A stretch of DNA of 45,234 bases from Candidatus Moanibacter sp. (GTDB lineage Bacteria > Verrucomicrobiota > Verrucomicrobiia > Opitutales > UBA2987), in contig CBDCEW010000067.1 of assembly GCA_965215885.1 (NCBI GenBank), forward strand, positions 1 through 45,234, written 5' to 3'. A program made the translations under genes and the position numbers. The notes beneath the pieces are model-generated. The model was not told where the DNA came from and searched no databases. It saw only the letters and a program-made list of their open reading frames with translations. Shown in pieces: positions 31,597 through 41,571 of the stretch. Each line of letters starts with the position of its first letter. The stretch's first letter is position 1.

Positions 31597-32232
31597 TCAA
31601 GATTTCTTTCTACCCTTTGAAGGCACAATAACAATGTCTCCATCTCTTAGAACCCACTTTTTGCCCCTGTCTGGGTTTCCCCAAGTCGCGAGGTCGATGA
31701 TCAGTGAAGTAGCCCTCTCTCCGGCAACTGAACGCTTCAACTCAATCCGACGCCTGTCAGCCGTGCGGGCAAAGCCTCCAGCTTCGGAGATGGCCTGAAG
31801 AAGAGAGAGCGGCTTCTGGCGGGGAATTTGAATGGGTCCGGGCTGCTTCACTGCGCCGAGCATATGAACCTTCCTCTCGACAGTATGAGTGACTCGGATC
31901 TGGACCTGCGGACTCACAAAATAATCGCGATCGTAGCGATGGAAGAGCTCTTCCCTTATCTCGCGGACCGTTCTGCCCGCCATTTCCACGCTGCCGATAT
32001 AGGGGAAAAGGGAAGTGCCGTCGGCCGACACAACCAGAATCGAATCCGTTTCGGTTTCGCCCACAATGCGAAACTGCAGGGTGTCGCCCTTCTTGAGCAG
32101 AGAACCTTCGGGGCCAGGTTTAGACCAGATTTTAGAATCGCTGCCGGTCGTCTCTATCTGCTCCTGACTGAATACCGGTTGAAGCCCAAGAATGATCGAA
32201 ATTAAACATGCTGCCACCACCAGAGTATTCAT
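31597..32232 (-). CDS. Polysaccharide export protein (Wza/Poly_export + SLBB)
   Basis: Signal peptide, L..GD.L...I, V..DG....PYIG.V..AG.T, LG.V..PG, LLQAI..AGG, L.DGDIV.VP. Confidence 0.88.
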   Translation of the reverse strand: MNTLVVAACLISIILGLQPVFSQEQIETTGSDSKIWSKPGPEGSLLKKGDTLQFRIVGETETDSILVVSADGTSLFPYIGSVEMAGRTVREIREELFHRYDRDYFVSPQVQIRVTHTVERKVHMLGAVKQPGPIQIPRQKPLSLLQAISEAGGFARTADRRRIELKRSVAGERATSLIIDLATWGNPDRGKKWVLRDGDIVIVPSKGRKKS

Positions 32233-32457
32233 TCCCTCTGTATCGGATTAGCGCACCCCTTTTGTCATTGCGAGGAGGAACGACGAAGCAATCCACGATT
32301 CCGATAAGCCGACACTTTGGACTGACACTCCCTCTTTGCGGGATCGCGACGACAATGGAAGGGTCCGACCCGGTGCCGAAAGATTGCCTGTGGACAGATA
32401 AGACCGAAACTTTCTACCAATCACGCTAATCAGAGACAAGAAAATGACCTATGCCTC

Positions 32458-33606
32458 TCAGTAGCGCAACGCGGCGGAAACATTTACAATACGATTCTCG
32501 AAACTGAATCCGGGAATATTGGAATCGCTGTACTGGTAAATATAGCCAGCGGTGAGCCGAAAAAAGTCCCTCGGAGAATACGTTAAGTAGACGCCCGCAT
32601 TAATATACTCATCCTCCCTTCCGGAGCCATCGAGGTAAACGGCGTCAGTGTATCGCAATTTCAAGTTTCCTGTAACGAGAGGTGAAACAGCGTAACGCAC
32701 TGATATGGCCGCCGCTTTTTCATCGATGCTTGCGCCTCTACTACCAGTTGCCAGATCTTTATCGAAACTTGCCACCAGAGTAGTCCTGGGCGAAGCCGTC
32801 CAGGTAAAATCAGCAATAACAGCGAGGGAGGCATCATCGCTCGGAATTCCATAGCCGGTGCGGTTCTGCAACCCCACCTTCAGATCACCACGCAGAACCG
32901 CAGAAATGCGGCCGCGCAATCCCACATTAAAAAAGTGATCTTCACTGTCGAACCCACCTCCGACAACGGTCCGACGGTAGCGATAACCCGCACTGATATC
33001 AAGATCGGGAGAGAATTCGTAGTAGAAATCGATTGGAATGCCGAGTGACTCCTGGTCGAGGAACTCTTCGCCGAGAAATTCCTGATTGGTATAGGCCAGC
33101 CCGATATCGATCTCGGCCTTTTCGCCAAATTCAAAACCCGCACCGAGGTTTAGAGTGGCAATCTCCCTCTCAAGTGTCAGTCCTTCGCGCGGTTCCAAAT
33201 CATAAGTCAGCCGGTTCGTATCGACAATGGAAAACGAACCCTGCAGGATTAACAACGGGCTCCCATACTCCGCCTCGAGATCTAGGAAAGCATCCCCACC
33301 AATAAGATCTAACCTATTCGGATTTACCCAAAAGTTATCATTTATGAAGATGTCCAGGTCGCTTCGGCGCAGATCCTCTACCGCTATGCGGATTCCGGGA
33401 GAGTAATAATGGACGATGCTCGGCGTGGAAACACCCACCCCGGCCTCTTTCTTCACCGTCGCTGCATCCGATTGAAGGCGTAGATTTCCGCTCCCATGCA
33501 GGGTTAATTCGAAGCTGCTTCCAATCGAGAGCAAAGGAGCAGCCTTAAGGACAGACGCCGTCAATAGAAAGCACGCCAGGGGAAGCACTCTTTGGATCGG
33601 GTTCAA
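32458..33606 (-). CDS. Outer-membrane beta-barrel protein associated with polysaccharide export (TTG start)
   Basis: Signal peptide, alternating amphipathic strands, aromatic C-terminus (VSAALRY); first gene of the barrel-wza-wzc run. Confidence 0.75.
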   Translation of the reverse strand: MNPIQRVLPLACFLLTASVLKAAPLLSIGSSFELTLHGSGNLRLQSDAATVKKEAGVGVSTPSIVHYYSPGIRIAVEDLRRSDLDIFINDNFWVNPNRLDLIGGDAFLDLEAEYGSPLLILQGSFSIVDTNRLTYDLEPREGLTLEREIATLNLGAGFEFGEKAEIDIGLAYTNQEFLGEEFLDQESLGIPIDFYYEFSPDLDISAGYRYRRTVVGGGFDSEDHFFNVGLRGRISAVLRGDLKVGLQNRTGYGIPSDDASLAVIADFTWTASPRTTLVASFDKDLATGSRGASIDEKAAAISVRYAVSPLVTGNLKLRYTDAVYLDGSGREDEYINAGVYLTYSPRDFFRLTAGYIYQYSDSNIPGFSFENRIVNVSAALRY

Positions 33607-33793
33607 TGTAAAATCCCTTTGTTTGCCGGTTTTCGTTCAACAAAAAGCATGAAAGCGATACATAAACATTTCGAATGTTGCAACTTTTTATTTTCGTTTG
33701 GGCGGCGAAAATCCGGCGGTCTGTCCAACTTGGGAGCCGATTGGGCGGCGAAAATGGCATAGAGCGGCCCCGAAGAGACCTATATCATCCGAT

Positions 33794-34203
33794 TCAATGC
33801 GCCCGATCCGATAGAATCCCCGGGCGCATCAATTTGGGATTCTCTGAAACGAAGGCGACACCATTAGGCTTATCGCTTATACTAAACCCGCGGAGATAAT
33901 CGCGCGTTTTCGAGGTCATGAAACTCATCATACCGAATATGCGATCGTCCGGCCGGATAAACATCCTGTAAAAAAGTAACGCCCGCCCTTCCCTAAGGTC
34001 GATATGTAAACCGTTGAGACGCCAATGATCTGGCCAGCTGTATTCCTCGCGATGAAGACAACCTCGGGAGCGCGCTGCTTCGCCGTGTCAAGATCGAGAA
34101 TCTTCTGATCATGTACCCAGAAGTCGACCAACTCCTCAGCAAGTCCAGAGTTCACCTGACCGTAGACGCTCGTGATTCGATAGTCGCTGAAGCTGTATTC
34201 CAT
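33794..34203 (-). pseudogene. Small hypothetical protein, possibly GNAT-like fold (frameshift at A run ~33969-33975)
   Basis: MEYSF...FW...VVFIARN..GQIIGVSTVY continues after a shift as YRMFIRPDDR..G...ENPKLMRPG to TGA at 33794. Confidence 0.5.
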
Positions 34204-34234
34204 GGCTGCGAACACGGACCTTCTCGATACTCCC

Positions 34235-35545
34235 TTAAGCCGACTCGTTGTCAACAGATGTAGCCACAACTGAAACGCGCGTGGAAATGACCCTGGTCTC
34301 GTCGACTTCAGTTACTGTGATTCGGAGGCCGTTTAATTTGAGCGACTCTTGAAGATCCGGAATACGGCCTAACTCAGAAGTGATGAGACCGCCAAAGGTT
34401 GCGACATCGTCTTTCTTTTCAATCTCTCTTTCAAGGGCTTCTTCGAGCTCTCGAATCGGGGTCAGGCCGGACACGAGAAATTCCCGATCCGCAACCCGGC
34501 TGATCAGTTCCTCTTCGGCGTCGAACTCATCCTGGATTTCGCCAACGAGCTGCTCGATAATGAGTTCAAGCGTAATCACTCCAACCGTTCCCCCGAAATC
34601 ATCGGAGACTAACGCCATATGCGTCTTCGACAACAGGAGCTTCTGCAAGACCTCTTCCACCGGATCCTGGGGGTCAACTCGAATTACGTCACGTTTGAGA
34701 GCGCGAAAATCGAGCTGCTCGAGGTCGACCGATGATCTGAATATATCCTTAATATGAACGAGCCCGACACAATTGTCTAAGTCTCCCTCGCAGAGGGGAA
34801 ACCGTGTGTGCTCGGTTTTTTCGGCGAGCTCGATATTCGCCCGGTTGCCGTCCTCAAGGTCAAAAAACTGTACCTGGTTGCGCGGCAGGAGTATGTCCTG
34901 CACTTTGACATCGCGCAAATGGAGCGCGTTTTTCAGGATCCGTGGATAAACCGGGGAATCATCCGAATCCGCGTGGAGGGCGCGTAGTTGCTCCTCGAAC
35001 CCGAGAGCTTCAAGCTCGGATTCGGCCTTGGCTCCAAACGGTTTCAAGAGTAAACGTGCCAAAAAGCGCAAGGGACGATAAAGGGGGCGGGCAATGATGC
35101 CGATACTCCATACGGCCCAGACAGAAGACCTCAGGGCCCGCTGTGGATACGTCACGGCGATGCTCCTCGGGACGAGTTCGCCCACGACGTAGTGTAGCGA
35201 TACCGCGATTAGGAATGCGAGAAAAGCCGCCAGGAGAGGAGTCGCTGTCTGACCATAGAGAACAAGACTGAATAACCAGTTTTCAAGGAGCGGGAAGACT
35301 ACGACGGCATAACCGACGGTACAGAATATGATCCCAAATCGCACCGTGCGGATCGTCGAGTCCGCTTCCTCGAGAAGCCTGGCCGGGCCCTTACCCCAAT
35401 CAATTTCACCACGATCCTGCTCGTCAAATTGACTCAAGCGCAACTTGATCACACTGAACTCGCATGCCACGAAGAGAGCATTCAGCAGAAGCAAGCCCAC
35501 TACAGCCAGAAGTTCGAGAAGCAAATCCTGGAAACTCAGATTCAC
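34235..35545 (-). CDS. Hemolysin-family / CorC-HlyC (CNNM + 2 CBS + CorC_HlyC) protein
   Basis: LNALFVA.EF, VVGELVP.SIA, HTRFPL, HMALV.DDFGGT.G..TLE.I.E.LVGEIQDEFD. Confidence 0.92.
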   Translation of the reverse strand: MNLSFQDLLLELLAVVGLLLLNALFVACEFSVIKLRLSQFDEQDRGEIDWGKGPARLLEEADSTIRTVRFGIIFCTVGYAVVVFPLLENWLFSLVLYGQTATPLLAAFLAFLIAVSLHYVVGELVPRSIAVTYPQRALRSSVWAVWSIGIIARPLYRPLRFLARLLLKPFGAKAESELEALGFEEQLRALHADSDDSPVYPRILKNALHLRDVKVQDILLPRNQVQFFDLEDGNRANIELAEKTEHTRFPLCEGDLDNCVGLVHIKDIFRSSVDLEQLDFRALKRDVIRVDPQDPVEEVLQKLLLSKTHMALVSDDFGGTVGVITLELIIEQLVGEIQDEFDAEEELISRVADREFLVSGLTPIRELEEALEREIEKKDDVATFGGLITSELGRIPDLQESLKLNGLRITVTEVDETRVISTRVSVVATSVDNESA

Positions 35546-35582
35546 GGAGCATGGCGCTGCCGTGCGCCTTTCCGACGCCTCC

Positions 35583-36680
35583 CTATCCGCCGGTGCATTC
35601 CGCCAGAGTCGACAACAGAAACCGATTTTGTGGTTCGGTTCCTACCGTTACACGGAGATGGTGTGGAAGTGAGTAACCCTTTAATGGTCTGACGATTATT
35701 CCTTTCGACTGTAAATAGTTGAACACTTTATCCGAATTTTCAACCCGAATGAGGATAAAGTTTCCCTGACTCGGTACCATTTCAATGCTGAGTTCTTCAA
35801 AACCCCGCTCCAGCTGCACCAAACCTGCGTCGTTCACCATTTTCGACTTTTTCACAAAGGCATCATCGTCAAGGGCGCCCAAAGCGGCAGCCTGCGCCAC
35901 CGAATTCACGTTAAAGGCAAAGCGAACGCGATTCAGAAGGGCGGCCAGATCCGGATGGGAGTAACTGTAACCAATGCGCAAGCCGGCCAGCCCATATATC
36001 TTTGAAAATGTCCTCAGACAAATGACTTTCCTACCAGCATCGATCAATGGGCGTAAATCGGGTGGATCCTCGACGTATTCAGCGTATGCCTCGTCCAGAC
36101 AGAATATCACATGCTCCGGCAGTCTTTCGACAAAATCGATGATCTCCTGCGCGCTGTTGGCGGTGCCGGTAGGATTGTTCGGGCTCGGAAGAAACACCAG
36201 CCTGGTGGCCGGCGTGATCGCTCGTTCCATTGCCGTCAAGTCATGATTGAAGTCCGGCATGGGAACTTCGATGCAGCGGCCGCCGTTGGCCAGAGTTGCC
36301 AGCTTAAATGCAAAAAATGCATACTGCCCAACTACAACATCGGTCTCGGGATCGACATAAGCTTCCGCCAGAATGAAGATTATTTCGCTTGAACCGTGCC
36401 CGATAACGAGTTGGTCCGGATGAACGCCTCTTTTCCGGGCAAGTTTCTCGCGCAAGAAGAGTGAGCTGTTTTCCGGATATAAGTAAATGTTTCTGATCGC
36501 CTGGCATGCCGCCTCCTCGGCAATGGGGGAAGCGCCCAGGGGATTCTCGTTGGAAGCGAGCTTCAGCACCAGGTTCGGGTCTACCCCGCATTCCCGCGCT
36601 ACCAGTTCGATCGGTTTTCCCGGTTCGTAAACCGGTTTGGTAAGAGCCGTTTCTTTAGCAAATTCAGTATAACAATTCAC
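35583..36680 (-). CDS. hisC: Histidinol-phosphate aminotransferase
   Basis: YEPGKP, KLASNENPLG, SPNNPTG, LDEAY.EY, RTFSKIYGLAGLRIGY, RVTVGT. Confidence 0.95.
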   Translation of the reverse strand: MNCYTEFAKETALTKPVYEPGKPIELVARECGVDPNLVLKLASNENPLGASPIAEEAACQAIRNIYLYPENSSLFLREKLARKRGVHPDQLVIGHGSSEIIFILAEAYVDPETDVVVGQYAFFAFKLATLANGGRCIEVPMPDFNHDLTAMERAITPATRLVFLPSPNNPTGTANSAQEIIDFVERLPEHVIFCLDEAYAEYVEDPPDLRPLIDAGRKVICLRTFSKIYGLAGLRIGYSYSHPDLAALLNRVRFAFNVNSVAQAAALGALDDDAFVKKSKMVNDAGLVQLERGFEELSIEMVPSQGNFILIRVENSDKVFNYLQSKGIIVRPLKGYSLPHHLRVTVGTEPQNRFLLSTLAECTGG

Positions 36681-36766
36681 TGCTGTTGGCGGGAACTGTG
36701 TTCAGTGTTCCATTCTTCTAAAAAAACAATCACCATAGTAGTCTAAAATTGGCAATATAAACCATC

Positions 36767-37552
36767 ATGGTTCTAATCGAAGAAGACAGCCGAAAATCGA
36801 AACCGCAAGCCACCCTCCTCAAGCTTCCCGACTCCACCGCGGACGCCTTCACCAATATGGCTGATGATCTACTCTTGCTCGATCATTTCCCATGGAAAAA
36901 TACGATTCGGTTCAGGCACTACTCCTGGAAGAACCGCGCCGTCACTTTCGGCTACGGTCAAAAGTTCGAAGAGGTTTTCAATGCGACAGAGGCTGAAAAT
37001 CTCGAGATCTGCCGCAGGCCCACCGGTGGAGGGATCGTCGACCATGAGAAAGACTGGACCTACAGCCTTGTCATTCCTCCGGTCTTTTCCGCTTTTTTCA
37101 GGAATCCAGTGGAAGTCTACCGAGTTACTCATGAAGCGCTGGCAACGGCACTTAGCAGCCTGGGCCAATCCGGCGAACTCCTCCCCCCGCCTCTCGCATC
37201 GGCGCAGAGAGGTAAGCATGGTTCCGCCAAGATCCACCCAGAACAATCGGAACCGTCGATCTGCTTCGAGAAACCCGAACCCAGCGATGTCGTTTCTCCA
37301 ACCACTCGGCAGAAAATTGCTGGAGCCGCCCTCAAGAGAAACCGCCACGGTCTTCTCCTTCAAGGGTCAGTAGCAGTCGCCGCCGCACCACAGTTGAGGG
37401 GTTGGTCCGACCTCGCCTCTGAATTCTCGAAGCAACTGTGCCAAAGCCTCCACGCCTCCGAGGAACTTACTACGGCACCACCCTATCCGCAGGATACCGC
37501 GAAGCGGATACGTCGCCATTTTCGCTCGCGAGAATGGAACCAGCGACGTTAG
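36767..37552 (+). CDS. Lipoate-protein ligase A / LipM-like octanoyltransferase family
   Basis: NMA.D.LLL, RRPTGGG.V.H..D.TYS, CF..P...DV, KIAGAA..R....LL.QGS. Confidence 0.88.
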   Translation: MVLIEEDSRKSKPQATLLKLPDSTADAFTNMADDLLLLDHFPWKNTIRFRHYSWKNRAVTFGYGQKFEEVFNATEAENLEICRRPTGGGIVDHEKDWTYSLVIPPVFSAFFRNPVEVYRVTHEALATALSSLGQSGELLPPPLASAQRGKHGSAKIHPEQSEPSICFEKPEPSDVVSPTTRQKIAGAALKRNRHGLLLQGSVAVAAAPQLRGWSDLASEFSKQLCQSLHASEELTTAPPYPQDTAKRIRRHFRSREWNQRR

Positions 37553-37841
37553 AATGGCGCTTACCCGAAAATCCGTGGGATTGTACGTGATTAGCGCGAT
37601 GGTTTATGGTCTTAAAGTTCTTGCAGATCTGTTCGCCGTTCGGGGTCATGACCTTAAGAAGTGGCTGTTTTTCCGCTTCGCTGAGGGGGTCAGGCATTAC
37701 AAACGACCCTTCGCAAGCTCAGGGCAATTTGTTAAGGCAGCTGACCCCGAAAAACAGACACTTCTAAGGCTTGACCCCTTGCTTCCAACATCGAACCAAG
37801 GCATTTGCCATCACGCTAAACACGTACGTGGGATTTTCGGG

Positions 37842-39053
37842 TTAGCGCCATTCTAAAGTGACTACATTCTCGATATGCCGGGTCTGCGGGAAGAGATCGA
37901 AAGGTTGCACGCTAGTCACCCCATAACCCTGTTCGTGGAAGGTTTTAACATCCCTGGCCTGGGTCGCCGGATCACAGGAGACGTAAACGATCCGGCGCGG
38001 GCTGAAGTGCACAAGCTGCTTGAGAAATTCCGGATGGCACCCTTTTCGCGGAGGATCGATCACCACAGATGTCCTTTTCGGATCGAAATCAATCTCCGAA
38101 AAGACGTTCTCCGCTTCACCGACGAGAAACTCGCAGTTTTTCACATGATTGAGCGCGGCGTTTGCATTAGCCCAATGCACGGAAAGAGCACTCACTTCGA
38201 TACCCGTTGCACTCTCGAAAAAGCGACTTCCCGATAGTGAGAATACGCCCACTCCGCAAAAGACATCCACAAGATAGTCGATACCTTGACCGCGCGTCTC
38301 TGCCACGACATGGTCTACCAGGTCGGGTAGAATATAAGGATTGTTCTGGAAGAATTCTCCCGCCTGGAAATGGAATACCAGCTCTCCGACTCTCTGCGAA
38401 ACGGCAGCGTTAGGATCCGTCACCACTCCCTCGAGAGTCTCTCGCAAGAGGATGGTGCCGCCTCTCTTGAACTGCTTGCCGCCACGCAGAACGATTTCTC
38501 TCTCGCTCGGAAGTGTTTCGTTGATGGCGTCGGTCGCGATCGGACAGGAAGACACATCGATTATTCGCCGTGAGCCGCACCGCTGAAAACCGATCGCAAC
38601 GTTTTGCCCATCCTTCGGTTTTTGGAAGTGGGGTGTAATCTTCGATCGGTATCCGTATTGCCGAGGAGAGGGTAATGCCGGATTCACTGGAGTCGTTATT
38701 CCCCCTATGCGCTCAAGCAGTTCCTTCACCTGCCTCGTCTTCCACTCCAGCTGACCCTCGTAGGCAAAATGTTGATACTGGCACCCACCGCACTCTCCCG
38801 CAATTGGACAACGGGGCTCTACCCTCTCGGGTGCGGCAATCAACACTTCGATGAGGTCCGCCTCAGAGTATTTCGATCGATTGCGCCATACCCTTGCCCG
38901 AATCCGTTCGCCGGGTAAAGCGAAAGGCACCATCAGCACCCACCCATCAATCCTTCCCAGCCCGTGACCACTGTTCGTTAAAGAGGCAATCTCCACGATC
39001 ACCTCCTCATGGTATTCAAAGGGTTCCGGTCGGAAATTCCTTGGGGGGTTCAT
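37842..39053 (-). CDS. rlmD: 23S rRNA m5U methyltransferase (RlmD/TrmA family, TRAM domain)
   Basis: P.C.....CGGCQ.QH, FFQ.N, D.FCGVG.F, IDPPRKG, YVSC.P.T.ARD, FDLFPQT.HIE. ATG 39053 lies in ORF 37842..39104. Confidence 0.88.
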   Translation of the reverse strand: MNPPRNFRPEPFEYHEEVIVEIASLTNSGHGLGRIDGWVLMVPFALPGERIRARVWRNRSKYSEADLIEVLIAAPERVEPRCPIAGECGGCQYQHFAYEGQLEWKTRQVKELLERIGGITTPVNPALPSPRQYGYRSKITPHFQKPKDGQNVAIGFQRCGSRRIIDVSSCPIATDAINETLPSEREIVLRGGKQFKRGGTILLRETLEGVVTDPNAAVSQRVGELVFHFQAGEFFQNNPYILPDLVDHVVAETRGQGIDYLVDVFCGVGVFSLSGSRFFESATGIEVSALSVHWANANAALNHVKNCEFLVGEAENVFSEIDFDPKRTSVVIDPPRKGCHPEFLKQLVHFSPRRIVYVSCDPATQARDVKTFHEQGYGVTSVQPFDLFPQTRHIENVVTLEWR

Positions 39054-39296
39054 ACAGCCGATTGCTAGCCCGCTTTTCTCACAATTTTCCGAGAACACTA
39101 TCACGACAAAATGTTCTTTTCGACACCCAGTTACTCACAAGCCAAGAAAAGCGGGCTATCCAGCAAAAGGACACAGAAGAAACTGAAAGGTTCAGGGCGA
39201 TCTTATCTTTCCTGTTTCCAATAATCCAACATTTCTTTATTCCATAGTGCCATATTCTCTTATTTTCTCTTATCAACTCATCCAACCATCCACAGA

Positions 39297-40112
39297 GTGG
39301 CGATGAAATATAATTCCGTTAGAAGCCTGAAGAATCCTACAGTCAAGAATCTTGTCCGACTGCGTAACGGCCACCACCGGAGGCGACAGAACCGCTTCCT
39401 TATCGAAGGTAAACGCGAACTCTCGCGCGCTCTCCAAAAAGACGTCCCCTTGGAAGAGGTCTTCTTTGCTACCGAATTCTTTCGGGAAGCCGAAGACACT
39501 GGAATCGTCGAACGGGCCTCTGCCGCCGGATCTCGAATCACGCGACTCTCCAAAGAGGCATTCCTTAAATGCGCCTATCGTGAAAATCCTGACGGCCTCC
39601 TCGGCGTCTGTCGCATGTGGGAAAAGCGTCTCCATGACATCCCGGACAATCCCTGCCCCTTAATTCTTATTATCGAGCACATCGAGAAGCCGGGTAACCT
39701 CGGAACCCTCATTCGCACCGCTAACGCCGCCGGCGTGGATGCACTCATCGTAACGGATCCGGTTTCCGATATCTTCAATCCCAACGTTATCCGTGCCTCG
39801 CAAGGGTCATTTTTCGACGTCCTCGTGGTCGTTACCGACAATCCCTCGTGCCTCACGTGGCTGAAGAATCGAAATATCGCAATCGTCGCCTCTTCCCCTG
39901 GGGCACCCGCGAGTTTATGGAGTGCCGATTTCAGCAACCCAACAGCAATTCTCCTTGGAAGCGAACTGGCCGGCCTGAGCGAATTTTGGAGAGAAAATAG
40001 TTCCCTGCAGGTATCAATCCCCATGCACGGCATTGCAGACTCCCTTAATGTCGCCGCCGCAGCCGCCGTCCTCCTCTTCGAAGCCCTCCGCCAAAGGGCG
40101 CAGAAGAAGTAA
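39297..40112 (+). CDS. TrmH/SpoU-family RNA 2'-O-methyltransferase
   Basis: FLIEG.RE, IEKPGNLG..IRTA.AAG, IRAS.G, LGSE..GL, IPM.G.ADSLNVA.AAA..LFE. Confidence 0.92.
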   Translation: MAMKYNSVRSLKNPTVKNLVRLRNGHHRRRQNRFLIEGKRELSRALQKDVPLEEVFFATEFFREAEDTGIVERASAAGSRITRLSKEAFLKCAYRENPDGLLGVCRMWEKRLHDIPDNPCPLILIIEHIEKPGNLGTLIRTANAAGVDALIVTDPVSDIFNPNVIRASQGSFFDVLVVVTDNPSCLTWLKNRNIAIVASSPGAPASLWSADFSNPTAILLGSELAGLSEFWRENSSLQVSIPMHGIADSLNVAAAAAVLLFEALRQRAQKK

Positions 40113-40239
40113 TCTCCTGAACAATGGGCCAGGCGTACTTCGCTCAGATTTTTTTGAGAATGGATTATTAATTTTGATTTACTGAAAATCAAAAATAAGG
40201 CAAAGCGAGAAAATCTAAGCCGTCATTTCTCAAATAATT

Positions 40240-41229
40240 CTAAGTTCTTTTGAGGTGCTCGACCAGCTGGTCGACGCCTTCGCTGGTCGAACGTATGGGG
40301 GAATAACCCAGATCATTTCGCGCCGCGGCGATGTCGAAGTAGTGGTCCTTTGCGAGTTCGATGGCAACGAAACGGGTCATGGGCGGCTCCCTCTCGACTC
40401 GAAAGGTCCGGTAAACTCCCTCGAAGAGAGCGCCGAGGGCGTAGGCCACCGGAAGCGAAATACTTTTCTTGATTGTGGGTTCGCTGAGCTTGCCAAGCAG
40501 TTCGTTTATCCACTTCCAAAGAAAAACAGCTTCCCCCTGGGAAATAAAATAGGCTTTTCCCGCGTGCTCATCGCTATCCAGCGCATCCAAGGCGAGCAGG
40601 TGGGCTCGGGCAGCATTTTCGACGTGAGTGATATCGACACGGTTCGTCCCCTCTCCGACGATACGCAGGCGGCCCGAGCGAGCCCGCGCCACGACCCTCG
40701 GAATGAGATGGGGGTCGCCGACACCCCAGATGAGATGCGGGCGCAGTGCAATGGTACGTAGCCTGCCCGGATCATTGGCTTCCAAGAGCTCTTTCTCGGC
40801 AATGGCCTTGGTATGCGGATAATGGCAGAGCCAATTCCGTCCATAAGGCAGCGATTCGTCCGCACCGGCGATGGGCTCTCCTGTATAAACGACGCTCGGA
40901 GTGCTGGTATACACGAGCCGTTGAATATGATGCTTCCTGCAAGCGGCTATGACATTTCTCGTTCCCACCACATTCGGTTGAAAGAAACTCTCCCACCCTC
41001 CCCATACGCCGGCATTGGCGGCAACATGAATGACCGCGTCGCAATTCCGGCACGCATTCATTACGACGACGGAATCAGCGATGTCACCGCGGATGACCTC
41101 GACTCCCTGTGCGGCCAGGTCCGGTTGCTCGGACCGTCCCAGGATCGAGACCGTGTCTCCACGTTCCCTCGATAGTCTGACGATATATCGTCCGAGAAAA
41201 CCGCCGCCGCCTGTAACCAGTATCTTCAT
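40240..41229 (-). CDS. oleD: NAD-dependent SDR of the 3-beta-HSD type, OleD-like 2-alkyl-3-oxoalkanoate reductase
   Basis: VTGGGGFLG, H.AA.AGVWG, YTSTPSVV, HYP.TKA.AE, LRPHLIWG.GD.HL; lies downstream of an OleC-like gene. Confidence 0.72.
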   Translation of the reverse strand: MKILVTGGGGFLGRYIVRLSRERGDTVSILGRSEQPDLAAQGVEVIRGDIADSVVVMNACRNCDAVIHVAANAGVWGGWESFFQPNVVGTRNVIAACRKHHIQRLVYTSTPSVVYTGEPIAGADESLPYGRNWLCHYPHTKAIAEKELLEANDPGRLRTIALRPHLIWGVGDPHLIPRVVARARSGRLRIVGEGTNRVDITHVENAARAHLLALDALDSDEHAGKAYFISQGEAVFLWKWINELLGKLSEPTIKKSISLPVAYALGALFEGVYRTFRVEREPPMTRFVAIELAKDHYFDIAAARNDLGYSPIRSTSEGVDQLVEHLKRT

Positions 41230-41571
41230 GGTAATGAAACCTCCCCGCAAGGCCTGCCGTGCGCCGGAACGGTGTATCTGACCCATCGAGCAACAGGTCC
41301 GTATTTGCCCTTGCTCATTAAGGAATCTAAACCAATGTCCCCGGAGGGGCCGTTCCACCACTAACATCCTTGCTACGGGTGGTTCGGGCGCTCCGCGCAC
41401 GATGACAAACGAGTTATCTCAGCGACCCCCTCCCGGCATGCCGGGAGCGGAATTTCCAAGTTAATTGGCAGCAAAGTATCGGTCTAATTTACGCATTGCG
41501 AGCATTCCCGGAGTTCCCTTCCAACTCCGAAAGATCAGACTACAGGTGGACCGGATGCTCCGCATACGGTC

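Noticed and set aside
37554..37856. 100-aa ORF between the lipoate ligase and rlmD
   Set aside because: No motif support; the region contains GGGGTCA/TGACCCC inverted repeats typical of intergenic REP-like DNA between convergent genes.
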